DNA from: an uncultured virus (IMG/VR IMGVR_UViG_3300030380_004460)
Taxonomy: Duplodnaviria > Heunggongvirae > Uroviricota > Caudoviricetes
IMG/VR virus record: IMGVR_UViG_3300030380_004460
Length of the DNA stretch: 20,000 bases
Reading direction: 5' to 3' (one strand)
The notes beneath the pieces are model-generated. The model was not told the origin of the DNA and did not search any database. It worked only from the letters and a program-made list of their open reading frames with translations. The translations under genes and the position numbers were made by a program. Position 1 is the first letter of the stretch. Every line of letters begins with the position of its first letter. This document shows, piece by piece, positions 8,866 to 16,392 of the stretch.

Positions 8866-9153
8866 CTAACCGAATAAACTAGCTAACCCATCACTGTTGG
8901 GTTCATCGTTTTTTGGCGCAAGTAAATGTTTATCACCGTGTAATTCTTTTAGTTCCTTTAAGAACTTGATGTACATATTAAACACTTGTTTAGGTGACAT
9001 TTTACTGCTTGGTACTATTTCTAGAGTAACACCACCAATACTCAATCGGTGTGTTCTCCCTCCTTTCAAGAGAAGATTCTCTTGTGAGCTATCAAAGTAT
9101 AGTGATTTAAATCTATCACTATCTGTCATTTCATTTTTCTTCTGTTCCGGCAT
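8866..9153 (-). CDS. Hypothetical protein
   Basis: 95-aa ORF abutting its neighbours. Confidence 0.72.
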   Translation of the reverse strand: MPEQKKNEMTDSDRFKSLYFDSSQENLLLKGGRTHRLSIGGVTLEIVPSSKMSPKQVFNMYIKFLKELKELHGDKHLLAPKNDEPNSDGLASLFG

Positions 9154-9418
9154 TTATTACCTCGTTTATAATTTCGACTGCTTTCCAATTGAGTTTAAAC
9201 TCTTTATCGAAAAGGCCGACCTTGTGTAAAGACTTGTATAAGCCCTTAACCATACCCATTGTTTCATCAACTTTGTTTTCGAGCATATTAAATTCGTGAT
9301 GTAATTCATCCATCTTATCTAATATCTCTTTTATGTTTTCAACAAATGGCCACCAATCACCTGTTAGGTTTTCGGTTCTTCTTTCGATGTTTGTTCGCCA
9401 CTGAGCGTGTGGTTCCAT
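9131..9418 (-). CDS. Hypothetical coiled-coil protein
   Basis: Heptad-like IKEILDKMDELHHEFNMLENKVDE; SD GGAGG upstream. Confidence 0.72.
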   Translation of the reverse strand: MEPHAQWRTNIERRTENLTGDWWPFVENIKEILDKMDELHHEFNMLENKVDETMGMVKGLYKSLHKVGLFDKEFKLNWKAVEIINEVINAGTEEK

Positions 9419-9635
9419 AGACTACCCTCCTATATGTTTTTGTATTTACATTCATATGCTCTCCATTTCCATTTACTGAGTTCACTATCCATTTTATTTG
9501 ACCTGTATAGTAATCTTTACAGTTTTCATAAGTTGGCTGCATTCCTCTCATTCTAACTTTATCTTTGAGCCTACATCTAGATTTGCCATTCTTATTCCAT
9601 ATTTTTTCGAATTGCTCATCCAAACATTGACCCAT
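9357..9635 (-). CDS. Hypothetical basic protein
   Basis: GGAGG 6 nt upstream of ATG; overlaps the next gene by 62 nt. Confidence 0.55.
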   Translation of the reverse strand: MGQCLDEQFEKIWNKNGKSRCRLKDKVRMRGMQPTYENCKDYYTGQIKWIVNSVNGNGEHMNVNTKTYRRVVYGTTRSVANKHRKKNRKPNR

Positions 9636-9963
9636 TGTAATCCTCCTTATTTGCTTTACGTTTACCTTTAGGTAACTCGTCTAATAATCCTAATCCCTTT
9701 TCCATCATTTTATTCATCTTAAGTATATTTTGCTCAAAAAACTTTACATATGCTAATAATATTACTTCATCTCTTTTAGTCATAATGTATGTGCTTGACA
9801 TTTTTTCTAATGTAGGAACTATTGCAATAGGCTCTAATTCCATAAATATTTTCAACCATTTTTCAAAAACTGCTTTGTCTTCTTTGTTTTCCAGCAAAGG
9901 TTCGATGTCTATATCTATTTCGTCATCGTTTGCCATTTCTAGAAACTTTTCAATTAAAGACAT
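9616..9963 (-). CDS. Hypothetical protein
   Basis: 115-aa helical ORF in operon order. Confidence 0.72.
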   Translation of the reverse strand: MSLIEKFLEMANDDEIDIDIEPLLENKEDKAVFEKWLKIFMELEPIAIVPTLEKMSSTYIMTKRDEVILLAYVKFFEQNILKMNKMMEKGLGLLDELPKGKRKANKEDYNGSMFG

Positions 9964-9969
9964 AAATTT

Positions 9970-10473
9970 TCAATCATCCTCTGTATTTAAAAGTATTGAT
10001 AAATCATACCGCACGGGTTTAGGTAATCTATCCAATTCTATACCTAACTTTTCAATTACATCCCATTTAACGGACTTTTTAGTGGCACTTTTATACATCA
10101 TAGATACTTGGGATGGGGTCAGTGCATAAACACGTTTATTGCGCGGTATGTCTCTTCTGATAAAGAACCACGCTTCACCACCCTCTTTCACTAAATCCTG
10201 TGCATACTCTATTTGGTGCTCAGGTATAGCAGGTGTTTTATTATAATACAATGGGAATGATGTTTTGTTTCTGCTCGTTTTACACTCTATTAATATTGGT
10301 CTACCTTGATATACAGCAAAGAAATCGCCGGGTTGCTTCTCTGCAACTGCTTTCTTGACGAATCTTGATACATCATTAGTATCTTGTATTCTAAACCACC
10401 AACACCCAGCGTCATCTAACGATTTGCGTATCTCCCACTCAAAGTTCTTACCTGTATAATTATTAGTCTTCAT
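9970..10473 (-). CDS. Holliday junction resolvase (Hjc/RecU-type PD-(D/E)XK)
   Basis: GKNFEWEI...PGDFFAVYQGRPILIECKTS...IPEHQI...GGEAWFFI. Confidence 0.85.
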   Translation of the reverse strand: MKTNNYTGKNFEWEIRKSLDDAGCWWFRIQDTNDVSRFVKKAVAEKQPGDFFAVYQGRPILIECKTSRNKTSFPLYYNKTPAIPEHQIEYAQDLVKEGGEAWFFIRRDIPRNKRVYALTPSQVSMMYKSATKKSVKWDVIEKLGIELDRLPKPVRYDLSILLNTEDD

Positions 10474-10541
10474 CTATTCATCTCCATAAATACCCACTGC
10501 CAAAAGCTGTAAAACAATACGAACCATACAACATCACTCAC
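10470..10541 (-). CDS. 23-aa hydrophobic, aromatic micropeptide
   Basis: GTG start 6 nt after GGAGG: MSDVVWFVLFYSFWQWVFMEMNR*; its stop overlaps the resolvase ATG (ATGA). Confidence 0.5.
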   Translation of the reverse strand: MSDVVWFVLFYSFWQWVFMEMNR

Positions 10542-11424
10542 CAAAATCCTCCAACGACGTGTTGCCACCAAAGGTTAACTCCATCGCTGTCTTATGATAA
10601 TCTTCAGATAGTTCTATACCTATTCCTTTCCTTCCTAATTCTCTTGCTACTCTACAAGTAGTTCCACTTCCTGAGAATGGGTCCAGTACTATATCGCCGG
10701 GTTTACTCCCAGCAAGTATACACTTCTTTGGTAAGTCTGGGGGAAACACAGCAATGTGAGAACCTCGTATAGGTTTAGGTGCAATCCACCAAACATCACG
10801 CGAGTTTTTTCCTTTTGGATTTCCTACAATCAATCTTTCACCTCTACTATTTACTTTCTTACCTACAGGTTTTGCTAGTGGTTCTCTTATCGCATCCATA
10901 TCATAATAATACTGTGGGTTTTTAGATAATAAAAATATAAATTCGTGTGACCGTGTTGGTCTGTTCTTTACGCTTTCAGGTATAGGGTTTGGTTTTGCCC
11001 ACACAATATCACATCTTAGATACCAACCTGCTTCTCTCAACGCAAACGCAGCTACCCACGGCACACCTACTAAATCTCGTTTTTTCAAATTACTTCCTGT
11101 TTTTACTATTGTTGTGTTTCTAGTCCCTCTCAAATCACTACCGGTCGCCCCACCCGTATTGCCTGAGTAACCAGCATAACAATCTCCAATGTTTAACCAT
11201 ACTGTTCCGTCATCTTTTAGCTTAGGTTTTATTTCTTCAAATAGTCTAACTAAGTTTGCTGCATAATCTTCTACGGTTGGTTCACAACCAAACTGCTCAT
11301 CGTCTCCGTAATCTCTTAAAGCCCAATAAGGTGGAGAAGTCACAACACATTGTATTGAATCATCATCTAACGTTTTCACTACGTCAACGGCATTTCCTTG
11401 AAGTAAATCAGGTTTTACCACCAA
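10534..11424 (-). CDS. N4-cytosine/N6-adenine DNA methyltransferase (beta class)
   Basis: Catalytic VTSPPYW precedes SAM-binding VLDPFSGSGTT; IVWAKPNPIPES, HEFIFLL; no obvious cognate restriction gene adjacent. Confidence 0.95.
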   Translation of the reverse strand: MVVKPDLLQGNAVDVVKTLDDDSIQCVVTSPPYWALRDYGDDEQFGCEPTVEDYAANLVRLFEEIKPKLKDDGTVWLNIGDCYAGYSGNTGGATGSDLRGTRNTTIVKTGSNLKKRDLVGVPWVAAFALREAGWYLRCDIVWAKPNPIPESVKNRPTRSHEFIFLLSKNPQYYYDMDAIREPLAKPVGKKVNSRGERLIVGNPKGKNSRDVWWIAPKPIRGSHIAVFPPDLPKKCILAGSKPGDIVLDPFSGSGTTCRVARELGRKGIGIELSEDYHKTAMELTFGGNTSLEDFGE

Positions 11425-11522
11425 TCACCTTCCCACTTATCTTCGCCGAGATATATCTTTTCCATAAATCTCATAAAGAAGTGTACAAACTTCACGGCTA
11501 CGTCGAACTGTTCTTCGGTCAC
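11415..11522 (-). CDS. 35-aa hypothetical micro-protein
   Basis: MTEEQFDVAVKFVHFFMRFMEKIYLGEDKWEGDWW*; GTGA overlap with the upstream gene, ends over the methyltransferase start. Confidence 0.55.
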   Translation of the reverse strand: MTEEQFDVAVKFVHFFMRFMEKIYLGEDKWEGDWW

Positions 11523-11866
11523 TTCTTAACTTTCCTAAACCAATTGCGTTGTGCAATCCTTATCACAAATCTTAGCAGTGCAAAACTATATACTTTATTC
11601 AGTTTGATTCTACCGTTTACGGGAGGTTGATGTGATTCAAGTCTCTCTTGATACTGCTCATCAGTTTCGTGTATGTTTTGGTCTGGCATTTTATCTGACT
11701 TAGTTTCGATTTTAATCGTTTTTTCAGTTTCGTCATACTCAAACGTAGCATATTTAAGTTCTCTTTTAATCACTACGTTGTCTGCCTCTTCATTAGCCAT
11801 ATCGAATAAGTCTTCTGCTTCTTCGTCATATGTCTCTTCGTTTTCTATTATTTCTTCTTCAGTCAT
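11519..11866 (-). CDS. Hypothetical protein with acidic N-terminus
   Basis: 115 aa, SD GGAG; first gene after a TATA-containing spacer. Confidence 0.75.
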   Translation of the reverse strand: MTEEEIIENEETYDEEAEDLFDMANEEADNVVIKRELKYATFEYDETEKTIKIETKSDKMPDQNIHETDEQYQERLESHQPPVNGRIKLNKVYSFALLRFVIRIAQRNWFRKVKK

Positions 11867-11960
11867 TTTCTCTCCGTGCTCTATTAAGCAAAGTTGCTAT
11901 AAACATATGCTTGTCATACAAATGCTTAGTATGCTCTATTAGGCTATTAGAAGAGCGTAC

Positions 11961-11970
11961 TATATAAAAA
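11961..11970 (-). promoter_or_regulatory. TATA-box promoter candidate
   Basis: TTTTTATATAGTA in an about 108-nt intergenic gap; shares TTTATATAGTA with the 8598 site. Confidence 0.55.
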
Positions 11971-11974
11971 TTAC

Positions 11975-12115
11975 TCATATGTAAACCCTATCTTCTGGCT
12001 TAACTAATCTTTGGTAACAAATGTGACAGTATGGATTACCAGCAGTGTCTCTATACCTAACGTAATTTAAAAATAGTCTACATTTACAAGTGTTACAAAC
12101 AGTGTAATTACTCAT
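11975..12115 (-). CDS. 46-aa zinc-finger micro-protein
   Basis: MSNYTVCNTC...PYCHICYQRL...; ATGA overlap, SD GAGGT. Confidence 0.72.
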   Translation of the reverse strand: MSNYTVCNTCKCRLFLNYVRYRDTAGNPYCHICYQRLVKPEDRVYI

Positions 12116-12270
12116 TTATACCTCGATTTTACTCTAATCGCTTGATTACAATCAGGACATCTTTTATACGTTTTATCCCACACTGATGTACACATTGAGC
12201 ACCAATTCCATTTGGCATAACCACCGTGATTTTTACGAGGTCCTACTTCAGTTTTGTAACCATTATGCAT
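12112..12270 (-). CDS. 52-aa zinc-ribbon micro-protein
   Basis: MHNGYK...WCSMCTSVWDKTYKRCPDCNQAIR... Confidence 0.72.
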   Translation of the reverse strand: MHNGYKTEVGPRKNHGGYAKWNWCSMCTSVWDKTYKRCPDCNQAIRVKSRYK

Positions 12271-12412
12271 CCATTAACCTCTTACATTTAGCACAGTTTA
12301 TGTGCCTATTCCAAAACGGTTTGCTCATATGATATTTTTCTTGAACTGTCAAACCTTTCACTCCACAAGCAGTGCTACCTGTTTCTTTTATCAGTAAGTG
12401 TTTTCTTCTCAA
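12263..12412 (-). CDS. 49-aa HCCC zinc-finger micro-protein
   Basis: TTG start after GAGGTGA: MRRKHLL...TACG...INCAKCKR. Confidence 0.68.
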   Translation of the reverse strand: MRRKHLLIKETGSTACGVKGLTVQEKYHMSKPFWNRHINCAKCKRLMDA

Positions 12413-12488
12413 CTTTCTTCACCTCGAATATCGGCAGTTTGAAGAACTGCATTTCGTCTATCATTCTTTGTAATCCCTTTCTCTTCAT
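12375..12488 (-). CDS. 37-aa basic micro-ORF (frame uncertain)
   Basis: MKRKGLQRMIDEMQFFKLPIFEVKKVEKK... after SD GGTGAT; an alternative 27-aa frame (12409..12492) also fits the gap. Confidence 0.4.
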   Translation of the reverse strand: MKRKGLQRMIDEMQFFKLPIFEVKKVEKKTLTDKRNR

Positions 12489-12647
12489 TCATATATCACC
12501 ATACATATATTTACCATTGTAGCAGTATGGACAAGTATCTATCTCTTCTTTCTCATCAAACTCCGTCTCTACTATTTCACCGCAGTCAGGGCATTCAGTG
12601 ATGCCACTGCCGTCAACAAAATCGCATATATCTATCATCGAATCCAT
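12489..12647 (-). CDS. 52-aa acidic zinc-ribbon micro-protein
   Basis: ...TECPDCGEIVE...DTCPYCYNG... Confidence 0.72.
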   Translation of the reverse strand: MDSMIDICDFVDGSGITECPDCGEIVETEFDEKEEIDTCPYCYNGKYMYGDI

Positions 12648-12649
12648 AG

Positions 12650-12883
12650 TTATTCAATAGGCCCCTCTTTTAAAAGATTTTCTAATTTATTAGTTACTTC
12701 ATCTAAAAGCGATTCTAAGTTATGAATTTTTGCTAACAAATCTTTCTCTCTATTGAAAGCACCTGATAGCATTTTATCTCTTTCCATAAGTTCTCTCGCA
12801 GAATCCTCAGCAACTTGACACATATGTAAATACTTATCTTCAAGACCCTGTCTTTCTTCTGCTTCTAATCTACCATCACTCAT
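12650..12883 (-). CDS. Hypothetical coiled-coil protein
   Basis: 77 aa with heptad pattern. Confidence 0.7.
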   Translation of the reverse strand: MSDGRLEAEERQGLEDKYLHMCQVAEDSARELMERDKMLSGAFNREKDLLAKIHNLESLLDEVTNKLENLLKEGPIE

Positions 12884-12968
12884 ATCGAATCACTACCCAC
12901 CATATAGCAATAGTAAGTATTAACATTCCAACAGTTGCAGCAGCTTGATACACCTGTGGGTCTATCAT
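12876..12968 (-). CDS. 30-aa single-pass membrane micropeptide
   Basis: MIDPQVYQAAATVGMLILTIAIWWVVIRYE*; ATGA overlap upstream, 8-nt overlap downstream. Confidence 0.65.
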   Translation of the reverse strand: MIDPQVYQAAATVGMLILTIAIWWVVIRYE

Positions 12969-13150
12969 ATTTCAGCCTCATAATATACATCTGTTCCCCT
13001 GTCAATCTCTTGCTCAGTTATCTGCCACAGAATATCGTGAACAACCATTTGTTCTTCAGGCAGTGGGTGTTGTTGCTCGATACCTAATCGGTATGCATAG
13101 AGACTCTCAAAGTCTCGCGTGTCTATCTCTATCTGATATATTCTTTTCAT
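12965..13150 (-). CDS. Hypothetical protein
   Basis: 61 aa, SD AGGAG. Confidence 0.7.
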   Translation of the reverse strand: MKRIYQIEIDTRDFESLYAYRLGIEQQHPLPEEQMVVHDILWQITEQEIDRGTDVYYEAEI

Positions 13151-13265
13151 TTCGTTTTCTCCTTTTTATACGTAGCTTTTTGACCACTCTTCTGTTGAGT
13201 GTATTAAAATCAACCCAGCCTGTGCCACGTTTTGTACAGTCTGGTTCTTCGTTGTGCTCAGTCAT
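13107..13265 (-). CDS. 52-aa basic micro-protein
   Basis: MTEHNEEPDCTKRGTGWVDFNTLNRRVVKKLRIKRRKR...; fills the gap between annotated ORFs. Confidence 0.5.
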   Translation of the reverse strand: MTEHNEEPDCTKRGTGWVDFNTLNRRVVKKLRIKRRKRNEKNISDRDRHARL

Positions 13266-13518
13266 TATCGCAGATGCTGTAACTCTCCTTCAATTCTTCT
13301 AAAGTAACATTGTCATTACTTTTTTTTTGTCTACGAATGTAAAAATCAATTTGTTTTTGCATTTCATTTATCTCTGCTGATAAACCATACAACCCGAATT
13401 TTACGTTCTCTAAAAACTCAACGTTTTCATCACGCACACTTTGTCTTTGTATTTTGCCGTAGTCTCCTGTGAGTTTTAGCATTTTCTTTATGTTATTCTT
13501 TTTTTCTTTTGTTGTCAT
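13258..13518 (-). CDS. Hypothetical protein
   Basis: 86-aa ORF in operon order. Confidence 0.7.
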   Translation of the reverse strand: MTTKEKKNNIKKMLKLTGDYGKIQRQSVRDENVEFLENVKFGLYGLSAEINEMQKQIDFYIRRQKKSNDNVTLEELKESYSICDND

Positions 13519-13780
13519 TTCTATTTCCTTCCATTACGTTTTCCCTGATAGCCGATGGTTGTAGTTTTGATTCATCAAATAATATAGGGCCATATTCAAA
13601 AGATTTGCCGTCATCTTTCTCATACTCACCTATTAATTTGTTTTTCAAATCAACACCAGCAGGAATGTCAAGTAAGGTGTCTCCACCAAATAAGTCAGCT
13701 TCAAGTTCTTCAAGCACAATTTTGTTCTTGAATATTTCAGCTAATAGCAATTCAAACAGTTTTGTTTCGTGTTCGTTCAT
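13493..13780 (-). CDS. Hypothetical protein
   Basis: 95-aa ORF; start lies just downstream of a BHB element. Confidence 0.7.
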   Translation of the reverse strand: MNEHETKLFELLLAEIFKNKIVLEELEADLFGGDTLLDIPAGVDLKNKLIGEYEKDDGKSFEYGPILFDESKLQPSAIRENVMEGNRNDNKRKKE

Positions 13781-13789
13781 ATTTTGTCC

Positions 13790-13900
13790 TTGTAATGGGC
13801 AGGTAGCGGATACGCAAAATTTAGTGTATGCCTACTTACGATTGCTGCTACAGAGGATTGTCGCAGCCAGAATTCAGTTTCCACTACCTACCTTTCATTA
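13790..13900 (-). ncRNA. BHB-closed structured RNA element 1 (predicted 102-nt excisable RNA)
   Basis: U-AAUG-AAA-GGUAGGUAGUGGA ... UCCGCUACCUGCC-CAUU-ACA-A: 4-bp helix, two 3-nt bulges, 13-bp stem with 2 G.U pairs; internal GCUGC/GUAGC hairpin. Confidence 0.65.
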
Positions 13901-13914
13901 CGTTGTTATCTTAT

Positions 13915-14628
13915 TTAAAATCTTGGGTGCGGCATACCTCCAATTTGCCAATCTCTCGTAACTTCACCGTCAGTCCATATAAGATGCCCTGCTCTCATAA
14001 TTTGTCTACCATCTTCACTAAATGAACCATTAAATGTGTTGACCCATTCATCATAAGTCATATGCATCAATACATATAGTCTGTAGCTCATAGCTCGTTT
14101 TAACGAACTAGAATGATAGTCAGGAAATACTTCTTCGCAATATGCTTGGTAAAGTTCATTGTGAGTATCATCAAGCCTTAAATCTCTGTTTGATGAGTAT
14201 ATCTCAGGAATATTCACGTTGCCTGTAATAAAGTGATGTGACCCGCTGTAATGCTCATCAGCAGTGCGATAAGGCCATCCTTGTCTTTGACCAGTTTTAT
14301 ACAGCACAATATCTCCTGTGATTGAATCGTCATCAAGACCACCCAGCAATCTAGTGTGTATGATGCTGTCATACCTTTGCGTTTCGAACTTGATTGTCCG
14401 ACCGTTCTTTTTGTAGAGCACAACCCATCTTCTACAACGGGTTTCACCTTGTATACGATGAAATATCTCAAGTTCTTGCTCAGTAAACTGATTGCGTGTG
14501 CAGTTTCTCACTAGCGAAGCGTGAGGCCTTGAAAAGTCATCCATTATATCACCTAACTCAGCGATAATATGAACTCTTTCGCGGTCTTCTTTGAACTTCT
14601 CAGCGTTGATTACTATTGTCTGTGTCAT
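13915..14628 (-). CDS. Hypothetical protein flanked by BHB elements
   Basis: 237 aa, SD GGAG; no recognised motif. Confidence 0.8.
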   Translation of the reverse strand: MTQTIVINAEKFKEDRERVHIIAELGDIMDDFSRPHASLVRNCTRNQFTEQELEIFHRIQGETRCRRWVVLYKKNGRTIKFETQRYDSIIHTRLLGGLDDDSITGDIVLYKTGQRQGWPYRTADEHYSGSHHFITGNVNIPEIYSSNRDLRLDDTHNELYQAYCEEVFPDYHSSSLKRAMSYRLYVLMHMTYDEWVNTFNGSFSEDGRQIMRAGHLIWTDGEVTRDWQIGGMPHPRF

Positions 14629-14635
14629 TTGTGTT

Positions 14636-14747
14636 CTCCATTTGTGGGGAAGGAAGCCGTAGGAACAGGGGAAATTGCAAAACCCCTATGTTGAAAGCGA
14701 AACAAACTAAACAAACTGTGTTTGACTTCCTTCCTGTCCACTGCGAG
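14636..14747 (-). ncRNA. BHB-closed structured RNA element 2 (predicted 94-nt excisable RNA)
   Basis: CUC(G)CA-GUGG-ACA-GGAAGGAAGUC ... GGCUUCCUUCC-CCAC-AAA-UGGAG: full hBHBh' geometry, 11-bp stem; internal AUAGGGG/CCCCUGU hairpin. Confidence 0.75.
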
Positions 14748-14773
14748 TGTTGTGCTGCGGGGAGACCGGAGCA

Positions 14774-15091
14774 CTATTTTTTTATCCTCCTGAGTAAACT
14801 CTTTTCACGGCGAGATGTACCAATGATTCTTTTTCTTTTGACAGCTCTTGCGTGTTCAAGTTGCTTACGAAGTACTTCTTTGCGTTTTTCTGTGTTAGCA
14901 ATAAACACAGTTCTACCGTCATCATTTGTGAATACAGAGTATCGTAACTCTGTTCGCTTCATTTCATCTGGAAAGAACTCTCCAGAACAGCACGCACATC
15001 TGTAACATTCGTGATTGTGTTTAGTTTCATTAACTAATCTAACATTGCCGCCATCGTCACAATCAGGGCATTCTATCTTTACTTGAACCAT
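14774..15091 (-). CDS. Zinc-ribbon protein with basic C-terminus
   Basis: CPDC...CACC; TAATG overlap with the peptidase stop. Confidence 0.75.
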   Translation of the reverse strand: MVQVKIECPDCDDGGNVRLVNETKHNHECYRCACCSGEFFPDEMKRTELRYSVFTNDDGRTVFIANTEKRKEVLRKQLEHARAVKRKRIIGTSRREKSLLRRIKK

Positions 15092-16392
15092 TATTCTTCC
15101 TCCATATCAAAAGCATTTGCTTGTTCTGCAATCTTCAAAGCATCTTCGAAGTCTTGCATTTCTTTGATTGAAATCACTGCGTCAGTTCCGTCGCCACCAC
15201 TACCGATTACGATGTACTGATTGACTTCTGATAACTCCACAAAGAAGTCGCTCCATCCCTCATCAATCACAATAGATTTGTGAGACGCACTGAGATAGAC
15301 GTGACCTTTGCTTTGTAATGCATCGAACATACCAATACTACCTGTTGCATCTTCAATGTGGTCCATAATAGCATCGAACATATCAAGTGCTTCGTCAAGG
15401 TCTACATCAGTCTTACTACTGTAAACACCAGAGCTGTTACTGTAGTATTTGATACCATTGTATTCTGTTTGGCTGTATGCATCATATCTTTCGTAGTTTG
15501 CATAACTGTAAACACCGCCACCCCAACTGTATGAAGCAGTAGGTTTGTATTTGATGTTATCAGGATTTAGACTGAAGTATGTATGAAGCGTTGGTGCAAG
15601 ATACTCGATGAATTGAACTGCTTGCATAAGTTCTTCGTATACAACATACTCACTACCACTGTGTGCATTGTAGTAACCAGCGAATAGATTGATGCCATTG
15701 ATTTGTAACTCTTTGACAATATTGCTGACATCTGATATAGAACCGGTGGATGTCTTGAGACCAAAGTCTTTGCCCCACTCACCGAGCTTTGCATCAAGTT
15801 TGTCAGAGCACAGTTGAACGTCACTGTTCTTGGTGATGATTTCGTCACAACCACGGCGGTCGATAGTAATGTTGAACACAACGTCATCGAACATATCTTT
15901 GTGATTGGACATAGCGAAGTCACTACCGTTTAGTCCTGTCTCTTCTGCTACACATAGTAACCCTGACAGCGGGGTAACTAGCGTTCTGTTGGTGATACAC
16001 TTGAGGACAGCGAATACACCACACTTGTCGTCACCGCCAATAACTTGATTGTTAGTTGAACGGAATACTGTCTTACCATCTTTCTGCTCCTCAACAACTT
16101 CAGGGACAGCAGAACCAACTGTGTCCATATGTGCGTTGAGAAGTATGCGGCGGTCTCCCTCGATGTGATTGGTGAAATAGATATTACCCATACTGTCTAC
16201 AGTATGCTCTATCTCATTGTCACGGAGGTAGTTCGTCACAAATGCAATCATAGGATGTTCTGCTCCACTAGGACTGAATATATCAAACATAGATTTCAGC
16301 AGTGTCTTGTCATCCATTGATGCAGTAGAAACAGGGAAAGCAGTTAGACGACTGTCTTTTGCTTCTGTTTTCATTTCTGTTTTAGTTTTCAT
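15091..16392 (-). CDS. M20/M28-family zinc metallopeptidase/hydrolase
   Basis: LNAHMDTV, GGDDKCG, AEETGLNGS, IDRRG, GSISD, GYYNAH; true start probably ATG 16392 (MKTKTE) after GGAG rather than 16665. Confidence 0.88.
   Translation of the reverse strand: MKTKTEMKTEAKDSRLTAFPVSTASMDDKTLLKSMFDIFSPSGAEHPMIAFVTNYLRDNEIEHTVDSMGNIYFTNHIEGDRRILLNAHMDTVGSAVPEVVEEQKDGKTVFRSTNNQVIGGDDKCGVFAVLKCITNRTLVTPLSGLLCVAEETGLNGSDFAMSNHKDMFDDVVFNITIDRRGCDEIITKNSDVQLCSDKLDAKLGEWGKDFGLKTSTGSISDVSNIVKELQINGINLFAGYYNAHSGSEYVVYEELMQAVQFIEYLAPTLHTYFSLNPDNIKYKPTASYSWGGGVYSYANYERYDAYSQTEYNGIKYYSNSSGVYSSKTDVDLDEALDMFDAIMDHIEDATGSIGMFDALQSKGHVYLSASHKSIVIDEGWSDFFVELSEVNQYIVIGSGGDGTDAVISIKEMQDFEDALKIAEQANAFDMEEE

Noticed and set aside
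11867..11960. Possible fifth BHB in this leader
   Set aside because: Only short pairings (TAAGCA/TGCTTA, GCTCT/AGAGC) and a TAATAGAGCA direct repeat; no 4-bp helix with 3-nt bulges.
14674..14697. ATTGCAAAACCCCTATGTTGAAAG resembles a CRISPR repeat end (plus strand)
   Set aside because: Single copy, no spacers or cas genes, and better explained as the internal hairpin of element 2.
13790..14747. BHB elements as introns interrupting a protein gene
   Set aside because: Upstream ORFs stop before each element, and splicing elements 1 or 2 creates no in-frame fusion.
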